From contig CDMY01000718.1 in NCBI GenBank assembly GCA_001179505.1, positions 124,001 through 188,000 on the forward strand: 64,000 bases of DNA, read 5' to 3'. Shown here piece after piece: positions 58,846-64,000 of the stretch. The stretch comes from Vitrella brassicaformis CCMP3155 (lineage: Eukaryota > Protista > Chromerida). The position numbers and the translations under genes are program-made. Below the pieces are notes generated by a model. The model was not told the DNA's origin. It did not search any database and was given only the letters and a program-made list of their open reading frames with translations. Position 1 is the stretch's first letter. Every line of letters starts with the position of its first letter.

Positions 58846-61262
58846 ATGGAGCTGTCGTTGTTCTCCCTCGGCCCTACAGCCTCGCTGCGCATTCTGCTCC
58901 TCCTGTCAACCAGCCACTCATCAGCTGCGGCATTTCACGGCTCACCGAGCGCCAACGTCACTGCAAGAGGCACGGCGCCAAAGGCCAGCGAAGGGCCGGT
59001 GAGAGGCTGCGAGACGGCCGGGCTGTACGGCTTCGACATGCCTTGGAAGGTGCGTGGTGACCAGCTGCGGCAGAGCGGCCTCATGGTTATGGAAGAGAAC
59101 TGGACAGGGGACGTCGAATCGTCTCTCATAAACGGGCCGTAAGGAAGATGAGAGTCACTTTGCAATGCTGGTTCACGGTTGGGTGGGTTGATGCAGGTCA
59201 TGGCTGCTGGGGGTTCTGGCACCAGCAAAACGGGCTGCGCCGGGTCAGTGGATGGAGTGAGACAGCTCGAGGTCCCGTTGTCGGTCTGTCTGTCTGTCTG
59301 TCTGGTTCTTTGCAGGCTGGTTTACACAGGGCGACTTTATCGCCTTCTATAACGATGACCCAGAACAGGCAGGCAAAACACACAGGGAAAAGAAACAGCA
59401 AATACACAGAGACATTGTTCTCGGCTGTTCATTTGACTCCCCCTCCTCTTGACAGAAGCCCGAGCACTTCCGTTTCCTTAAGTGTGACGAGCCAGTCGCC
59501 TCGAAGCCCACCCGCTATCCGCCAAGCTACATGAAGGCGTCGAAGGAGAGCGACTACCTCCTAGAGTTCGCATCATGGGACCCTTGCCGCAGAGAGCAGG
59601 TCAGCAGCAAGATAATGCGGGCAGAAAAGACCAGCGGTGTGCATTTGTCCGCGTGTGTGCGTGTGGCAGTATGATTATTGGTTGGGTATGGAAGAGCTGT
59701 ATAGCAGTGGTCAGCTGGAGGGCCTGCCGTATTGGGGTGTGTGCTACTGGGCGAGCGGCAGATCGGACACCGCCAACAGAGACCTCGGTACACGCAGAGA
59801 GACCCGTTGCAGCCCGCAGGGTAAATGTCGACGTCTCCTTTCGCTCTTCACAGGTCCCTGTCACTGCTGTGAGATGATCCTATCTGCGTGTCTCGAGTGC
59901 CTCTCGTGCTTCCGTCGCCCATCGCCGCCTAAGCAGGGCACCTTCAACACAAGAAGAGACAGCTGCATAAGGCGGAAACACAGTAATATATACACAAAGG
60001 GCCGGCAGCAGGAAAGAGAGGGCAATGGTTTCCTTTCTTGTTTCTTGCCAGTCGATCCTCGGACGAAGCGTCCATTTCCCAGCGATTGGTCGTGCCAGCT
60101 CTGTGGCGACTTCAAGCCCAACCAACCAGGTGGAAATGTGCCTCGCAGTCGATCATTGCGTGTGGCCGTATCCAATTTTGTCCAGGCTGTTTCAGTCTGG
60201 CTGAAAAGCTGCGAGAAAAGGTGGCTGAACAATCTTCCTTCCAATATTTGGTCTCATCTCTGCGTGTCTTCAGCTTCCGCCAGCCGCCCCGTCCCTTCCA
60301 GACGAAATGGGATTTGTCAAAGAGATCAGCTGCCAGCACATGTACGTGAGGCCGATTCCAACATGTGAATCCTTACAGACGGGTGACACCAAATGATGTC
60401 CATGTGTGTGCTTTCTAGGATAGAGGAGGACAGGATCATGTGCTCAATCCACACATTCAGACCCATGCAGCTGCTCACAGTACGCCGCTCCATCTGCATA
60501 AACAGATGCAGGGCCGTGGATTGTGTGCCCGTGTCGAGTACAGGTCCAGCAGTGGCGAAACACGAGCGACGCTGGCACAAATGAGACATCGTCTCATTCA
60601 TCATTCCTCGACAGAGAGGCATATAAGGCAGCCATTGACCAAGAAAGAAACAGCAAGGTTTCTCATGTCTCGATATTCACTTCAGGATTCATCCGCGAAA
60701 AGACAGGTGTCGCATGGCGACCTATCGGCGTTTCAGCCAGAGGGAGTAAGCTGTCCACCAAAACAAACGGATCAGCATGTCTTTCCTTGTGCAGGAGGGG
60801 AAGTATATAACGGTTGCCACAAGGCCAGACGCGGCAAGGAAGCTCAGATATGAACTCAGGTATGCAATTTGGTGGAGAAAAAGGCGCTTTGGCAGCCCTT
60901 GTCCCTGTCTGTCTGTCTGTCTGTGTTTGCATGTACTGTGTGTGATAGACTGAAGTTTTCCGAGTTCCACGAGGACGAGTGCGACCCGGCGTCGTCCGAC
61001 ACACCCAGCCACATTCATCTGCGGCTAGTCTTGCAGGTAGGGAGGCCCATCTGTTGTGGTGGTGTGTAATGGGCTGCATCGGTTGTGAGTCCGTGTCCGT
61101 GTGTGATAGGATGAGTGGGGATGGAGTGAGAGCGCAGAGGAGACCATACCCATGAGCGATGCAGCCAAGGACAAGGACAAAAAGCAGCCCTCCTTCTCTG
61201 CCATCAACGAAGCCATGCTCCAGTCAACAGCCGCACACATTTATGCGAGAAGAGAACTATGA
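58846..61262 (+). CDS. Large multi-exon hypothetical protein, possibly secreted
   Basis: Starts MELSLFSLGPTASLRILLLLSTSHSSAA. A chain of GT-AG-bounded exons follows (YDYWLGMEELY...YWGVCYWAS; DWSCQLCGD; LKFSEFHEDECD), ending DEWGWSESAEE...IYARREL* at 61262. No family recognised. Confidence 0.55.
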
Positions 61263-61526
61263 GCAGCGTGTTGGTGGTGTGGGCGTGAAGCGACAGGTGT
61301 TGTTGAGCGATTCACGAGGTACATGAACGCGTACATGAAGCTCTTGTCCTCATGCGTCATCCCACGTGCGATTGAAAACAGTTTTATGCACCCATCAGCC
61401 GGTCCCACCCACCGGCCCATCTCGCCATCGATAACCCAGCTGCATCAACATCAAAAACCCCCTCTGTGTCATCTTCTCTGTACACCACCACCGTCCAGCC
61501 AGCCACCGGCAGCCAGCTCTCATCAG

Positions 61527-61859
61527 TCAGTCGACATTGAAGGAAAAGTCAGGCTTCTTCTTCATCGCAGCCACCACCTGACACACAACACGACCGACAC
61601 ACACAACAGGCGCAGATGCATGCACGCTCGTCCTGTCCTTGTTGTACATCTGGTTCGTTCTTGGCATTGAACACGAAAATCAAGCCGATGAAGAGCAGGG
61701 GAGAGACCTGAATGCAACCCGCAACACACGCACGCACACACACAGGCACCCCCGCTCTCGGAGAATGGGTCACTTAGGACGGATCTGCGCACATCCATGT
61801 GTCGTGTTGTTACTCACCGCGAAGAGCAGCTTGACGATGAACCACAGGTACTCCAGCAT
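61527..61859 (-). CDS. 50-aa single-pass membrane microprotein (3 exons)
   Basis: MLEYLWFIVKLLFA|VSPLLFIGLIFVFNAKNEPD|VVAAMKKKPDFSFNVD*. Both introns are phase 0 GT-AG; divergent from SURF2. Confidence 0.6.
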
Positions 61860-62127
61860 CGCCTCGCCAGCAGCACGATGATGCAGGTGAGCCGTCACGG
61901 CGTCTTTTCGGCAGATGAAGGCTGTATAATGATCAAGCAGCCACGGAAAGACGCAGAGAGCCTCGTTTGTCGGTGAATCACACAAAAAGCTCGTCTGCCG
62001 ATCGGTTTCTGGGTGCCCTAAAATCTGCGAGCTTTGGTGCAGATCAGAAAGAGGGAGCTTCCCAGTTCCTTCCGTGGCTGCTTGATCATTAGGCAACCTT
62101 CATCTGCCAAAAACGCCATCTTCAACG

Positions 62128-63287
62128 ATGTCAGCAAAGGATGATGACCTGCTGGAGTTTGTGAGGCAGCATGAAGATCTGACCTATCTCGAGGACCGAG
62201 GGAAGATCAAATGCATCATCACTGACGTACGCGTGGCAGGAGACGAAGGACCACATCACACGCGAATGCCTTGTTTGTGTCATGGTCTGTTCGTCAGCAC
62301 GAGATGCCGCTGCGTCGTGATGTTGTAGATGCACATCTGAAGGCCAAGAAGTACCTTGCAGCCAAGAAGGGATGGCACCAGCACGACTACACCCAATACG
62401 AGCCGTACATCGTCCCACACAAGACCAACAAGTAGGCCAGCACACCCTGATCCACATGTCCGTCTGTGTGTGTCGTGCGTGTAGGTCAAAGCTCTACTGC
62501 ACGCTGACCGGTCACTCGCTGAATCGCAACCCCGATGAGGTGCAGCGAGAGGTCAACGGCCGCAGATACCGCAATGCACTCAAGGCATTCCAAGAACAGG
62601 AGGAGAAACAGCGGCGGAAGGACAGACGGAGGCAGGGTACGTCGCGCACATCCGTCCATCCATCCATCCATCCATCCATCTGCCAGATCTGAGTGGGGAT
62701 GGGCATGTGTGGCTGTCATGTCGTGCAGAGCGCCGTGAGGCTGCGGAGAGGCGGCGGGCTGAGGGAAAGGGCGATGATGTGGATTTGGACATGATGGACG
62801 AGGGTTCCGACAGCAACGATAGCGACGCTGACTCACAGGAGGATGAAGACCACGAAATGGGTGAGCTGAAGCGAAATGGAAGATGAGATGTGAGCCAGCC
62901 TGGATACACGCCTGTGTCATGTTTGCAGCTGACGGTGGCGATGAGGCTATGGAGGCCGCCAGCGATGAAGGTGCGGCGGCAGACGAGGATGGCGAGCCAC
63001 AGGAGGGATCAGCTGCCGCAGCCCAACCAGGTGCGCACATCATGTGGCAAGTACATCACGTCTTTCCATCTCACCTCTCTCTACTGTTTTTGCCTTCAGC
63101 AGCGCATCGACGGAGGCCAACTCGCCATCTGCTGGTGGAGAATGACGCCGATGTGCAATCGGCGAAACGGACGGTGCCTGTGGTGACAATGACTAAGCGG
63201 AAGGCGGGCACTACGAAGCAGCTGCAGAAGCTGCTAGAGATGAGATCACAGGGGGCTGCTGCTGGGTCGCAGACTGCCATGATGTGA
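62128..63287 (+). CDS. SURF2: Surfeit locus protein 2 homolog
   Basis: GKIKCIITD|HEMP...AKKY...DYTQYEPYIVPHK...KLYCTLTGHSLNRNPDEVQREVNGRRYRNAL, followed by an acidic tail: the SURF2 motif order. Confidence 0.88.
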
Positions 63288-63403
63288 TGGATGACTCCGT
63301 ATGTGCATGAGCAACTGATTTGGACACTATGTGTGGAAATACATTAACTCATAGCGCAACGGCAGGCAGAGTCTCGGTCTCTCATGAAATGAAGGACATT
63401 ACC

Positions 63404-64000
63404 CTACCCCCCTGCCGCAAAACAAAACTGTCCATTCGTAAATGCGCTCGGGAGCAATGACGCATCCTGACAAGGACGAGCTGCCATGTAAGAAAGAGAG
63501 AGAGAGAGAGAGATCACTCTCTCCTCGCCTCCATCAGCCAATGGATGGATCTCTCGCGTGCGTTGTTCGTTACCTCGTCCATTCACTGTGCTGCCTGCAG
63601 GCGGCCACGAGGTGATTTTGTGGAGTTCCATCTTCGAGGATGCGTCGGCTCCCTTCCCCAGACCAGATGTGTTCAGATCGGCGCTCGAGATCCGCACTCT
63701 CGCGTGCGGCGAAACCGTAGCGGCATTCGTCACCAGTAAGGAGCTCTCCGACGGACGGCCGGGAACCCTCTGTTCTCATTGTGTGTAATGTCTGCAGGCG
63801 ATTATCGTTTGTATGCGATGGAGTGGGGACCGGGGCAGCCGCAGAACCTAGGTAGGCTTCAAAGCGCAGAGAAGAAAGCGGATGACTTAAGGGCGTGACT
63901 ACATTCGACTGTGTGTGCGTGTGTACAGAGGCGTGCAGCCCTCGGCTGATAGAGAGTTTGAAGACCAAGAAGGTGCTGCAGGTGGCCTGCGGACACAAAC
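63404..64000 (-). CDS. Possible 3' exons of a gene entering from beyond the window end
   Basis: Exon-like Ser/Pro-rich segments bounded by AG/GT. No recognisable domain. Confidence 0.3.

Noticed and set aside
60663-61240. Minus-strand small ORFs
   Set aside because: The plus strand gives a coherent GT-AG exon chain ending at 61262, so these are antisense shadows.
1-64000. TGCATGCA (ApiAP2-type) motifs and (CA)n/(TG)n runs as regulatory signals
   Set aside because: They are scattered mainly in introns and are expected from the local sequence composition; no positional enrichment is evident.

Overview
AT-balanced eukaryotic DNA dense with short GT-AG introns, (CA/TG)n- and (GA/TC)n-rich introns, and one 299-N assembly gap. 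The intron style and lineage-specific families (F-box/LRR-like, TLDc) point to the chromerid alveolate Vitrella brassicaformis; this is an inference, not a lookup. Most ORF-track entries are antisense or intron read-through artefacts, so I rebuilt gene models by hand-splicing and their boundaries are approximate. Recognisable genes: a HIS4-type histidine biosynthesis gene (partial), a PH-TM-START-START protein, duplicated TM/PH-like genes, a HemK/PrmC pseudogene, a CENP-B-type HTH protein, a CCCH-NYN ribonuclease, a J-domain protein, a TLDc protein and SURF2, plus a TIR-bounded non-coding element present twice. The main observation is a candidate ADP-ribosylation writer/eraser gene cluster. 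Three compact GIG2/PARP-like ADP-ribosyltransferases (H-Y-E triad; 21226-21884, 22686-23315, 47206-48825) and two PARG glycohydrolases (49156-52279, 54848-57286) all carry the same unrecognised 8-ligand Cys/His zinc module (8 copies). One transferase sits head-to-head with one PARG, and both PARGs end in a CBM48/AMPK-beta-like glucan-binding domain.
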